From contig JBGASG010000019.1 of NCBI GenBank assembly GCA_044229845.1, positions 1-42,984 of the forward strand: a DNA stretch of 42,984 nt, written 5' to 3'. A program made the translations under genes and the position numbers. Of the stretch, positions 1 through 8,810 are shown piece after piece (within the stretch, counting starts at the first letter, position 1; every line of letters starts with the position of its first letter). This DNA is from Candidatus Obscuribacteraceae bacterium. GTDB taxonomy: Bacteria; Cyanobacteriota; Vampirovibrionia; Obscuribacterales; Obscuribacteraceae. The notes beneath the pieces were generated by a model. The model was not told where the DNA came from, made no database searches, and worked only from the letters and a program-made list of their open reading frames with translations.

Positions 1-1389
1 GCGCCCGTCAGTCCGAATTCGGTGTTGTTGGCGAATTCGAGAGCCTGTTCCCAGCTGTCTGCGTTGGTCACCGAGAGCACCGGTCCAAAGATCTCTTCTT
101 GCGAATTGCGAGCTTTGGCGTCGACGTCGGCGATGATAGTCGGTTCGATGAAGAAACCGTTGGTTTCGGTCTTGTGGACGTTGCCGCCGGTCAGGACGCG
201 GCCTTCTTTTTTGCCGATTTCGATGTACTTGAGGATGCTCTCGTAAGCCGATTTCGAAGCAACCGGTCCGAACTGCACGGTCTTGTCTTCGGGCGCGCCG
301 ACGACCAGCTTTTTGGTGCGTTCGACGATCTTGTTGAGCACTTCGTCGTAGACATCTTTGTGCATGATTAAACGCGAGCAGGCGCTGCACTTTTGACCCT
401 GGAAGCCGAACGCCGAGGCGACGATGCCTTCTGCAGCCGACTCGAGATCGGCGTCTTTATCGACGATGATGGCGTCTTTGCCGCCCATCTCGGCGACAAC
501 ATCGCTTGATCCACAGCTGCTCTTCTGGATGTTTGGCAGCCAGTTCATTGATGCGCAGACCAACTTCCATCGATCCGGTGAATGCTATGAAGCGACGCTT
601 TAAAAAGCAGGGCATGACGAGAAAATCACCCACTTCGGCGCCGGGACCCGGTGCATGTAGTTGAAAACGTTTGGCGGCAGCCCGACCTTCTTCCAGAATC
701 TTGGCAAACTGGAAGGCGATGCCGGGGTTTCGCTGGATGGTTTGAGGGGACAATTGTGTTGCCGCTGACGATGGCAGCGGCAATTTCCCATACCGACGAG
801 GATGGCGAGTGGGAAATTCCATGGTGGAATGACAGACCGACGCCGAGAGGAATGTATTTGAGTGCGTTCTTCTCGTTGGGAATGGCTGTCAACGGGCAGG
901 GTTGTCCAGCGTAGCATCTCGCGCACACCTGCGTAGTCGATGGCCTTCAGCATGTCGCCGTCGGCTTCCGCCCAGCTCTTGCCGATCTCCAGGCTGAGCC
1001 ATGCGGAAAGTTCGAATTTGCGGTCACGCATCAACTTGGCGCCTCTTGAAAATGTATTCGGCGCGCTCTTTGGCGGGCACCTTCCAGGTCTCAAATGTTT
1101 CGGCAGCCACTTTGAGCGCCTTTTCTGCGTGCTCTTTAGTGGCTTTGGGGAATCCACAATCACTTCGCTGGGATTGGAGGGGTTTGTCGAGACGATATGG
1201 TTGGTCGTTTCGATTTTCTCTTTGCCGATGATCAAGGGGTAAGTCTTGCCGAACTCCGAGCGGACCTTGGAAAATGGCTTCTTTCATAGCCTTTTCATTA
1301 GCCGGCACCGAAAAATCCGTGAACGCCTCATTGCGGAACTCAGCATGGGCCGTCTGAGTCGCTGGTTCGTCGCGAAGTGTTGTTGTCAT
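1..1389 (-). pseudogene. pruA: L-glutamate gamma-semialdehyde (P5C) dehydrogenase, RocA/PruA type; multiply frameshifted as given; runs off the left edge
   Basis: ALDH fragments are spread over three minus frames: FRNEAFTDFS, STNPSNPSEV, IPPWNFPLAI, LKPSSETP, FTGSMEVG, AEMGGKDAIIV, FGFQGQKCSACSR (catalytic Cys), EEIFGPV, NNTEFGLTG. Indels cluster at about 500-1270 and could be sequencing error. Confidence 0.85.
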
Positions 1390-1569
1390 GTTCGCCCTCT
1401 CCAAAGTTCGTAACAGGGCTAATTATCCCTGTCTTGATGCGATAACCCGTCCAGATTTATAGTTTTTCAATAACGTTTGGATGTCTTCAAGGCGCCCAGC
1501 AGATGCCATTTCTCGCCAGCCGGACCGGCTCTTCGCCGTGTTATCCTTAGAGACGCAGGAGGGCGAAGA

Positions 1570-2385
1570 ATGAGACAGTATCTCGACTTGCTCCGGTACA
1601 TAATCGATTCCGGCGAACGCCGTGAAGATCGCACTGGTACCGGCACGATTTCGGTGTTTGGTCTGCAGGGCAAGTATGACCTGCGCGAAGGCTTTCCGCT
1701 TCTGACCACGAAGAAGGTGTTGTTTCCGGCGGTGGTTCGGGAGCTGCTCTGGTTTCTTCGCGGGTCAACTAATATTCATGACGATCTGACTGAACATACG
1801 CCTATCTGGGACGCCTGGGCTGATGAGAATGGCGAACTCGGTCCCATATATGGCTATCAGTGGCGCAACTGGCCGGCTGCGGTTGAAGACAAGTCCACCG
1901 GCGCAACGCATATCGAGCACATCGATCAGATCAAAAACGTCATCCACGATATCAAAACCAATCCCGATTCCCGCCGTCTGATTGTCAGTGCCTGGAACGT
2001 TGGCGACATCGGTAAAATGGCGCTGCCGCCTTGCCATCTGCTCTTCCAGTTTTATGTGATCAATGGCAGGTTAGATCTGCAGCTCTACCAGCGCTCCGCC
2101 GACATGGCTCTGGGCGTGCCGTTCAATATCGCCAGCTATGCACTGCTTTTGACTATGGTTGCCAACGAATGCGGCTTGACTCCGGGCATCTTCACGCACA
2201 CACTTGGTGATGCGCACATATACTTGAATCATATCGAGGGCGTGCTTACGCAATTAGGGCGCACGCCGAAACCGCTGCCGACGCTTGAAATCGCGAACAA
2301 GCCGCTTTTCGAACTGACCTTCGACGACATCAAGCTGCACAACTACGATCCGCATCCATTCATCAAGTTTGCTGTGTCTGTCTAG
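1570..2385 (+). CDS. thyA: Thymidylate synthase
   Basis: [64 protein letters not shown] at 1570. Confidence 0.98.
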   Translation: MRQYLDLLRYIIDSGERREDRTGTGTISVFGLQGKYDLREGFPLLTTKKVLFPAVVRELLWFLRGSTNIHDDLTEHTPIWDAWADENGELGPIYGYQWRNWPAAVEDKSTGATHIEHIDQIKNVIHDIKTNPDSRRLIVSAWNVGDIGKMALPPCHLLFQFYVINGRLDLQLYQRSADMALGVPFNIASYALLLTMVANECGLTPGIFTHTLGDAHIYLNHIEGVLTQLGRTPKPLPTLEIANKPLFELTFDDIKLHNYDPHPFIKFAVSV

Positions 2386-2396
2386 GTCCCAGCTTG

Positions 2397-2948
2397 ATGA
2401 AGACCTTCGATATAGTTGTAGCGCTCGACAGCAAACGCGGGATCGGCAAGGACAACAGCCTGCCCTGGAAGCTTTCCGCCGACCTCAAGTACTTCAAGCG
2501 CATTACGAGCGAAGCGGCGCCAGGCAAGCGCAACGCGGTCATTATGGGGCGCAAAACCTGGGAGTCGATACCGGAAAAACGCAGGCCCCTGGCTGGACGT
2601 CAAAACATAGTACTGACGCTGCAGTCGCAGTACGAGCTGCCTGAGGGCGTGCTGAAGGCAGGCGATCTCGACGCCGCGCTGGCTCTGGCTGACGGCGACG
2701 AAACTATCGAGAAGCTGTTTGTGATTGGTGGAGCGCAGGTTTACGAACAGGCGGTAAAACATGCACGCTGCCGGTTGCTTTACGTGACTGAGATTGACGC
2801 AACGTTTGATTGCGACCGGTTTCTCGCCGAGTTTCCCGACCGCTTCTGCCTGCAATCCAGGCAGGAGGCGGAGCCCGAGAACGGCACTAATTACGCATTT
2901 GTAGTTTATGAGGCAGAGCCGATAGTGGCACCGCATCTGGTGGTCTGA
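2397..2948 (+). CDS. folA: Dihydrofolate reductase
   Basis: IGKDNSLPWKLSADLKYFK, VIMGRKTWESIP, RPLAGRQNIVL, VIGGAQVY; directly follows thyA. Confidence 0.97.
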   Translation: MKTFDIVVALDSKRGIGKDNSLPWKLSADLKYFKRITSEAAPGKRNAVIMGRKTWESIPEKRRPLAGRQNIVLTLQSQYELPEGVLKAGDLDAALALADGDETIEKLFVIGGAQVYEQAVKHARCRLLYVTEIDATFDCDRFLAEFPDRFCLQSRQEAEPENGTNYAFVVYEAEPIVAPHLVV

Positions 2949-2953
2949 TTACA

Positions 2954-3466
2954 ATGAGACGCATGAACCAGCCAGCCGCCGTTTTTCGTCACGCGACCGC
3001 TTTTTTTGCGGCGGCTCTCGCATTCACGGGTGCGGCTCTGGCCGTCGGCGCAGTGATGTCACACGTGGCACTGCTGGCCGTGGACGCGGCAAATCCGGCG
3101 GCTAAGCCGGCTAAGGCGGCGCCCACACAATCGAAGCTGCCTGCACTCGGTTCTGGAGGCAACGTGGCGAACGGGCTGAAGCTGTTTCGTCAGAACAATT
3201 GTTCGATGTGCCATCCCGGCGGCGAAAACAATTTGAATCCATTGAAACCGCTCAAAGGACCCGGCTTTCTCAAGAAGTACCCGACCGACGCACTGGTCTG
3301 CCAGCAGGTCCGCAAAGGGTCGGTGGGGACGGGCATGCCGCCTTTTCCAAAATCACAGATTACGGATGGGGAATTGCGCGATATCATCGCTTATATCCGC
3401 TCACTGACACCCTCAACTCCGGCTCCTGCCGCAGCAACAAAAAAGGCTCCGAAAAAACCAGCTTGA
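2954..3466 (+). CDS. Class I monoheme c-type cytochrome, cytochrome c6-like, exported
   Basis: Hydrophobic N-terminal signal/anchor; CSMCH heme motif; GGENNLNPLKPLK; axial Met in GMPPF; ITDGELRDIIAYI. Confidence 0.9.
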   Translation: MRRMNQPAAVFRHATAFFAAALAFTGAALAVGAVMSHVALLAVDAANPAAKPAKAAPTQSKLPALGSGGNVANGLKLFRQNNCSMCHPGGENNLNPLKPLKGPGFLKKYPTDALVCQQVRKGSVGTGMPPFPKSQITDGELRDIIAYIRSLTPSTPAPAAATKKAPKKPA

Positions 3467-4047
3467 GGCTTGCTCGTCTTACGCCAGAAATAGTGCTCAG
3501 GGGTTATGCCTCGGGCATCTTCCCTATGGGCGACGACTTCGGCAACATCAGGTGGTATTCCAGCGATCCGCGCTGCATCTTCGATTTCGACCACTTTCAC
3601 ATACCAAAGCGTCTGGCCCGGACAGTGCGGCAGCAGCCGTTCGAGATCAAGTTCAACACTGCCTGGTCGGACGTTGTCTCAAATTGCGCTCACACGCGCG
3701 AGACTACCTGGATCTCCAAAGAAATCTACGATGCCTACACCGCGCTGCACCACGCGGGATTCGCGCACACGGTCGAAGCCTGGAAAGACGGCGAGTTGGT
3801 GGGTGGACTTTATGGTGTCACCCTTGGTGGCGCGTTCTTCGGCGAATCGATGTTTCACCGCGCCACGGACGCTTCTAAAGTGTGCCTGGTGCACCTGATC
3901 CAACGCTTGCGGGAGCGGGGGTTCGTACTGCTCGACTCGCAATGGATGACGTCGCACCTGGCTACGCTGGGTGCGATCGATATCTCTCGTGAGGAATACA
4001 TGCGAAGACTGGAAAAAGCACTGCAGTTGCAGTGCTCCTTTGCGTGA
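3463..4047 (+). CDS. aat: Leucyl/phenylalanyl-tRNA--protein transferase
   Basis: GYASGIFPM, DPRCIF, TWIS, AHTVEAW, LVGGLYGV, FFGESMFH, DASKV, LLDSQ..HL..LGA; probable TTG start overlapping the upstream TGA. Confidence 0.95.
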   Translation: MRLARLTPEIVLRGYASGIFPMGDDFGNIRWYSSDPRCIFDFDHFHIPKRLARTVRQQPFEIKFNTAWSDVVSNCAHTRETTWISKEIYDAYTALHHAGFAHTVEAWKDGELVGGLYGVTLGGAFFGESMFHRATDASKVCLVHLIQRLRERGFVLLDSQWMTSHLATLGAIDISREEYMRRLEKALQLQCSFA

Positions 4048-4097
4048 TTCTAAAAACTAGCGGCTAGCATGCGGCGGGCACGTCAGTCTGGCTAGGT

Positions 4098-4418
4098 CTA
4101 TGTATTGATAGCTCCGTTTCCGAGGGCGGCGCCCACACCTTTGATTTGTTCAGTGACGGGACCGAACTTGCTGCCCATCATCGCTGCCATAACTTTTGCT
4201 TCGTTGGCTGCACCTGACCACATGCTGGTCGGGGAGTAGTCGTTGAACGCAAATACGTTGTCGCCACTACCGAATTGGGCATCAATCGAACCGGAGTTAG
4301 ATTCCACCCTTGCAGCAACATCGTTACTGCCTGGTGTCGTCAGCAGTTCGGCGCCATGTTGACTGAGTTCAGAGGGTTGCCCCTGATCGCCGCCTGGTTG
4401 ATTGACGTTGTCTGACAT
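4098..4418 (-). CDS. Hypothetical small acidic protein
   Basis: 106-aa ORF with a purine-rich stretch upstream; fills the gap between aat and the next gene; no recognisable domain. Confidence 0.6.
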   Translation of the reverse strand: MSDNVNQPGGDQGQPSELSQHGAELLTTPGSNDVAARVESNSGSIDAQFGSGDNVFAFNDYSPTSMWSGAANEAKVMAAMMGSKFGPVTEQIKGVGAALGNGAINT

Positions 4419-4511
4419 TTCGGTGGAGGTTCCTGTGTGCGCTGTGTCCTATATTCCACTTTTGCTGAGTTCTCAAGCAGCCGGGCTTGATTTGGTAGTC
4501 TGGACTACATT

Positions 4512-5099
4512 TTACTCGCCCAAATCGCTCAGTGGTGCGGTCAGTGACTCTTTCAAGATACGGTTTCGGGTTGCCTGGGACGACTTGATCAAGGTGCCAA
4601 TCGCCGGTGCGAATGCCCTGGCGCAGCCGCCATGTCCTAAAGTTTCGCAGACAATCTGCGAAACTTCATTGGTCAATTCGTTCATATTGCGGCAGTCGGC
4701 GTGCGACTCCATGATCTGCATCGCTTCCGGTGTGGCAATCAGGTAGTCGGTGGCGTGCAATGCCAGCTTCAGGTAATTCATCAGCCAGGCCGGCATCAGT
4801 TCGCCGCCCTGGTCGATGGCATCCAGGTGGATGTAGATGCAGAGCAGGCGTTTAACCGCCGGCAAAAACTCATCTTCGGTGTACTGTTTGCTCGCCACAA
4901 CGCGCATTTGCTCGGTCTGCAGTTGCGGTGCAGCATTGCGCAGAGCCAAAAGAGCCTGCTTGAGCTGATTGGAGATCGCCACTCCCATCCGCGATACGTA
5001 GTAATGGACGCGCCGATACTTCTCCGTGCGCTCCTTCGGATTGTGCTCCGGACGGGCTCGGAATGCAGTTGCTTGCGAGTCGCTTTTCACTACGGTCAT
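4512..5099 (-). CDS. Hypothetical protein (helical)
   Basis: 195-aa ORF with natural-looking composition; no motif recognised. Confidence 0.7.
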   Translation of the reverse strand: MTVVKSDSQATAFRARPEHNPKERTEKYRRVHYYVSRMGVAISNQLKQALLALRNAAPQLQTEQMRVVASKQYTEDEFLPAVKRLLCIYIHLDAIDQGGELMPAWLMNYLKLALHATDYLIATPEAMQIMESHADCRNMNELTNEVSQIVCETLGHGGCARAFAPAIGTLIKSSQATRNRILKESLTAPLSDLGE

Positions 5100-5264
5100 T
5101 TCAGTCGGTCTATTGCCCAGATATTTAGCTATATGCCCAACTCATGAGCTTTCCAAGCCATGCAGACAGAAGCCTGAAAGGCTCGACCCGGCGCCAAAAA
5201 GCGGCACTCCTGGCTGGTTTGCGGGATTCGGTCCAACAAGAAGTCTATTTTACAGGAGGGGCGT

Positions 5265-5906
5265 CTATTTTGCCGCTTTGTAGAAGGCTGTGGCGGCGAC
5301 TGTCACAAAGACGGTACTGGCCAGCTTCTGGAATACGGCTTCCGGGCGCTTAATTTTATGGTCATCCAGCTTCACCGGAAACTTCGCTTTGATTTGCAGC
5401 AGGTCGCAGCCCGGCATTTTCTGTTTGTCGGCGCACTTTTTGACATAGAAGATATCGACGGGCACCTGCTTCTTGACGGTGACGCCATGAATGGTGAACT
5501 CACCGTCGGCAGTAACCGAAAGCTTTTGCCCGGGCTTGATGACGCCGGTGCTGATTTTGCTCAATTTGAAGGTGGCGTTGGGATATTTAGCTGTCTCCAA
5601 AAAGTTGTCGCGCATGTGCTCGTTGCGCAGTGGAATGCCTGTGTCAATGGACGCCAGCGGTACCTCGAAATGAGCGGTGATCGGGGTTTTGCTCAAATCG
5701 AGCGATTCATCGACGACCACTTCTCCTTTCACATCGTTTGTGTGACCGACGATCACTTCAATCGGCGCGTCGGAATTGAAGCTTATCGAGTCTCGTTTTT
5801 CCGGGTCACCAACCGCGAAAGTGATGGGTTTGGCCGAAACGGGGACGGTGGCGGCAGCATTGGCTACCAGACAGGCTAGAGCGACGATCAGACTTTGCTT
5901 GCGCAT
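5265..5906 (-). CDS. YceI family exported lipid/polyisoprenoid-binding protein
   Basis: Signal peptide MRKQSLIVALACL..VSA; SIDTGIPLRNEHMR..FLETAKYPNATF; GEFTIHGVT; ATG 4 nt after the upstream stop. Confidence 0.92.
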   Translation of the reverse strand: MRKQSLIVALACLVANAAATVPVSAKPITFAVGDPEKRDSISFNSDAPIEVIVGHTNDVKGEVVVDESLDLSKTPITAHFEVPLASIDTGIPLRNEHMRDNFLETAKYPNATFKLSKISTGVIKPGQKLSVTADGEFTIHGVTVKKQVPVDIFYVKKCADKQKMPGCDLLQIKAKFPVKLDDHKIKRPEAVFQKLASTVFVTVAATAFYKAAK

Positions 5907-5910
5907 TTTT

Positions 5911-6768
5911 CTACTCCACAACTTTTGAACCGACGAGAACCATTTGCTCCTGCAACTCTTCGATAGAGTCCAGGAAGTCTATGACAACTTTCTGTACATT
6001 TGCCTGTTTTGAGATTGATACCACAATTGGTATCAATTCCTGATAGCTGACTGTACCCTGAGAGGCGCGCTCAATCAGGGCTGCCGAAGCCTCGCCCAGT
6101 TCCACAAAACGACAGGAATGCGTGTTTGGGTGGCGATAGATAGCTACGATTGTTTCTTCCTGAGCGATCTTGCGCGCCAGCTTGCCGCCCGCTTCCAAAA
6201 TCTCCACGATCTCAGGAATCGGGTACTGGTATCGTCTGATCGTCAAGCTGGGATTGACTATTGGTGCCAGTTTCGGAAACTGCTCGGGACTGGAAAGCGT
6301 TTGATGCTCAGCGACATTGATCAGCACATCTTCTTCCATTTTCTCCAGCTCAATCCATTCGTAGTGAGCCAGTTCGGCGATGAAGGGTAGTCTCTTCAAA
6401 TAGCGCTGCCCGCGCTCTGTTTCTTGAAAATACTGGGAAAACCGCGCACAGAGCCGATTGAAGTTGTGGTGATTGGGTGGGAAGTGTTTCAGGTAGTCAT
6501 CGACGGTTTCTTCCCACTCATCGCCGATCAATTGCTGGCAATAGGGATATATCGATGCCATCACATCGTGATGACCGAAATTCAGCAAACTACCATAGAG
6601 CCGCACTCCGTCCTTGCTGATGCTTTGCAGCAGTTCGGGAGAAATGTCTTTGAGCGACGCCGGAGCGCGGTCTGGTTTGGCTCCACTTAGAAACCAGCGG
6701 CGCGCTTCATCATCCATCCACAACGTGCTGAGGGTTCTCTCAATGTCACGCAGAGAGGGCGCGGACAT
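5911..6768 (-). CDS. DUF2063 / HvfC-BufC-type MNIO partner (peptide-recognition) protein
   Basis: GVRLY..L, YPYCQQLIG.EW, F.QY, ELAHYEWIE, YQYPI, AIYRHP; ATG at 6768 with AAGGAGG RBS; overlaps the end of the DUF692 gene. Confidence 0.85.
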   Translation of the reverse strand: MSAPSLRDIERTLSTLWMDDEARRWFLSGAKPDRAPASLKDISPELLQSISKDGVRLYGSLLNFGHHDVMASIYPYCQQLIGDEWEETVDDYLKHFPPNHHNFNRLCARFSQYFQETERGQRYLKRLPFIAELAHYEWIELEKMEEDVLINVAEHQTLSSPEQFPKLAPIVNPSLTIRRYQYPIPEIVEILEAGGKLARKIAQEETIVAIYRHPNTHSCRFVELGEASAALIERASQGTVSYQELIPIVVSISKQANVQKVVIDFLDSIEELQEQMVLVGSKVVE

Positions 6769-7708
6769 CTCGCCCTCCTTTGCCGGCTGACTGTTCTGAA
6801 TGCCGCTTCTGCTGCTCGTCTTGATCGGACTTGAGTAAGCGTGTCTTTTGCACTTGCAATTCTGGCTGGGCTGCAGCGACGATTTTTTTGATCGTGGCAA
6901 TTTCGCCGAGCAGCTCTTCGAATTCAGGAAACTGCTGATCGCGCTCCAGCAAAATGGCGTGCACTTTTGTTTTGCGCAAAACGTGTTCGAGCAGCTGGAA
7001 CACCGGTTCAATAACGGCAGCGCCATGTGTGTCGATCACGTAGTCATCGATTTTCTTGTGCCCGGCGATGTGAATCTGCACCACGCGGTCGAGAGGCAGA
7101 GCATCTATGTATTTGTAGGGGTCAAACTTGTGATTGAGCGAATTCACGTAGACGTTATTTACGTCTAAAAGCAGCCCGCAATCAGCTTCTTCAACAACCT
7201 GCGTGATAAATTCCTCTTCCGGCATTTCGCTGCCGGGCATTTGCATATAGAACGAGATATTTTCGAGAAGAAACGGTCGCTGCGTGCGGTCTTGCACTCT
7301 TTTCGCTCGTTCGGCGATGTGATGGACGGCTTCCTTCGTGAGCGGCACCGGCAGCAGATCGTGCATGTAGGTGCCACCATTCGTGGTGAAGCAGAGGTGG
7401 TCGCTCCACCAGGGAGAATCGATGCGTTCCAGCAACTCTTTGATCTCTGTCAGGTAAAGTTCGGACAGATCGTCGGTGGAGCCGATGGAGAGATTGACGC
7501 CATGAGAGACAAGGGGGAAGTTCGAGGCAGCTTCTTCAAGCCGCTCTCGAGCTCTTCCCCCGAGTCCCATGTAGTTTTCCGGAACTATTTCCAGCCAGTC
7601 TATGCGTCCGGCGTTGTCGAATGTTTCGTCAACGAGTTCTCTTCGCAAACCAAGCCCAGTGCCCAGAACGGGCAGCTGTTTCTTGATCTTGAGGAACTCA
7701 TCCGGCAT
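6746..7708 (-). CDS. DUF692 family multinuclear non-heme iron oxidase (MNIO; HvfB/BufB/MbnB-like)
   Basis: GLGLR, WLEIVPENY, HGVNLSIG, WWSDHL, HDLLP, LENIS.Y, LLLDVNNVYVN, QIHIAGH, IDTHG, LLERD. Confidence 0.96.
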   Translation of the reverse strand: MPDEFLKIKKQLPVLGTGLGLRRELVDETFDNAGRIDWLEIVPENYMGLGGRARERLEEAASNFPLVSHGVNLSIGSTDDLSELYLTEIKELLERIDSPWWSDHLCFTTNGGTYMHDLLPVPLTKEAVHHIAERAKRVQDRTQRPFLLENISFYMQMPGSEMPEEEFITQVVEEADCGLLLDVNNVYVNSLNHKFDPYKYIDALPLDRVVQIHIAGHKKIDDYVIDTHGAAVIEPVFQLLEHVLRKTKVHAILLERDQQFPEFEELLGEIATIKKIVAAAQPELQVQKTRLLKSDQDEQQKRHSEQSAGKGGRDVRALSA

Positions 7709-7744
7709 GCATTTGTTGATTTGGCTGGCTTCTACTTCGGAATC

Positions 7745-8158
7745 TTACTTGGTTTCTTTGCTCTTGCAGGAGCCTTCTTTGCCCTTGCAGGAACCTTCTT
7801 TGCCCTTTTCTTTGGACTTGCAGGAGCCTTCTTTGCCCTTGCAGGAGCCTTCTTTACCCTTGCAGGAGCCTTCTTTACCCTTGCAGGAGCCTTCTTTACC
7901 CTTGCAGGAGCCTTCTTTACCCTTGCAGGAGCCTTCTTTACCCTTGCAGGAGCCTTCTTTGCCCTTGCAGGAGCCTTCTTTGCCCTTACACGAGGCTTCT
8001 TTGCCCTTCTTCTTGGCTTCTTTCTTGGACTCTGTCTTGGTCGCTTTGTCGGACTTGGCGTCGGTAGCTTCATCGGCAGCTATGGCTGCGCCATGAAAAC
8101 CGATGCCGAGAGCGGCGACTAAGGCAGCAGCGAGTTGCGCTTTTGTAAGATTGGCCAT
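7745..8158 (-). CDS. Exported Cys-rich repeat RiPP precursor, 11 x KGKE(G/A)SC
   Basis: AGGAG RBS; signal peptide ending AIA|A; eleven Cys-terminated heptads; immediately upstream of DUF692. Confidence 0.9.
   Translation of the reverse strand: MANLTKAQLAAALVAALGIGFHGAAIAADEATDAKSDKATKTESKKEAKKKGKEASCKGKEGSCKGKEGSCKGKEGSCKGKEGSCKGKEGSCKGKEGSCKGKEGSCKGKEGSCKSKEKGKEGSCKGKEGSCKSKETK
7766..8008 (-). repeat. 21-bp coding tandem repeat (+ strand unit GCAGGAGCCTTCTTT(A/G)CCCTT)
   Basis: Near-identical units seen directly; 9 contiguous, then a 12-nt interruption, then 2 more. Confidence 0.97.
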
Positions 8159-8435
8159 CTGAAATCTCCTAAAACCTAACTACTTGGACATTTGCTCATT
8201 GCGGCCACTGACAACCGCGCTTAATGAGATGTATGCAATGTTATTCGACTACATTTAATCAGATGGACACACGAACGTTAGCTCCGTGTTAAATCCTCGT
8301 ATTCGGTCACAGTGCCTTATTTCCGGTGCTCAATAGTTCGTTACGGGAAGACAGTTGTCACCCTTCCCATCCTTATATATGAGGTGATTTTGTGTAGTCC
8401 TGCGTTGGCAAGCGGCGATTTTTGATGGGCGCGGC

Positions 8436-8810
8436 TTACTTCGCCTTGGCTTTGGTGGCATCGGCCTTCGCATCGGCTTTGGCTTTGGTGGTGTCGGCCT
8501 TTGCGTCAGCCTTAGCTTTGGTGGCGTCGGCCTTCGCATCGGCTTTGGCTTTGGTGGCATCGGCCTTGGCGTCAGCCTTCTTCTTGTCGCGATTTTTTGC
8601 CGCCTCAGCGCCTTTTTCATCGGTGCCGCAAGAGCCTTTGCCGCACGCGCTGTCTTTGCCGCCGGCGGCGGGCTTTGTCTTATCAGCCACTTTCAATGCC
8701 GGTGTTTTGGCGGTGGAGTCCGGCGCTGCCACTGCGGCAGTAGCGCTGGTGACGATACCGGCTGCTGCAATTATGGACAGCAGGTCCGACTGAGAAAGTC
8801 TAGTTTTCAT
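8436..8810 (-). CDS. Second exported candidate RiPP precursor (SACGKGSCG core) with C-terminal 11-mer Lys/Ala/Asp repeats
   Basis: AAGGAG RBS 6 nt before ATG 8810; signal peptide ..ATAAVA|A; two Cys in DSACGKGSCG; 4 x ADAKAD(A/T)TKAK. Confidence 0.8.
   Translation of the reverse strand: MKTRLSQSDLLSIIAAAGIVTSATAAVAAPDSTAKTPALKVADKTKPAAGGKDSACGKGSCGTDEKGAEAAKNRDKKKADAKADATKAKADAKADATKAKADAKADTTKAKADAKADATKAKAK
8445..8576 (-). repeat. 33-bp degenerate coding tandem repeat x4
   Basis: Encodes ADAKADATKAK x4 with synonymous variation. Confidence 0.9.

Noticed and set aside
5911..7026. 371-aa version of the DUF2063 ORF
   Set aside because: The extension overlaps the DUF692 gene; the RBS supports ATG 6768
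7766..8008. Possible CRISPR array
   Set aside because: Head-to-tail repeats with no spacers, in-frame coding, and no cas genes
7241..8122. Alternative-frame repeat ORFs (LAGAFFT, LQEPSLP, RVKKAPA)
   Set aside because: By-products of the 21-bp repeat; only the KGKEGSC frame has an RBS, signal peptide and fitting context
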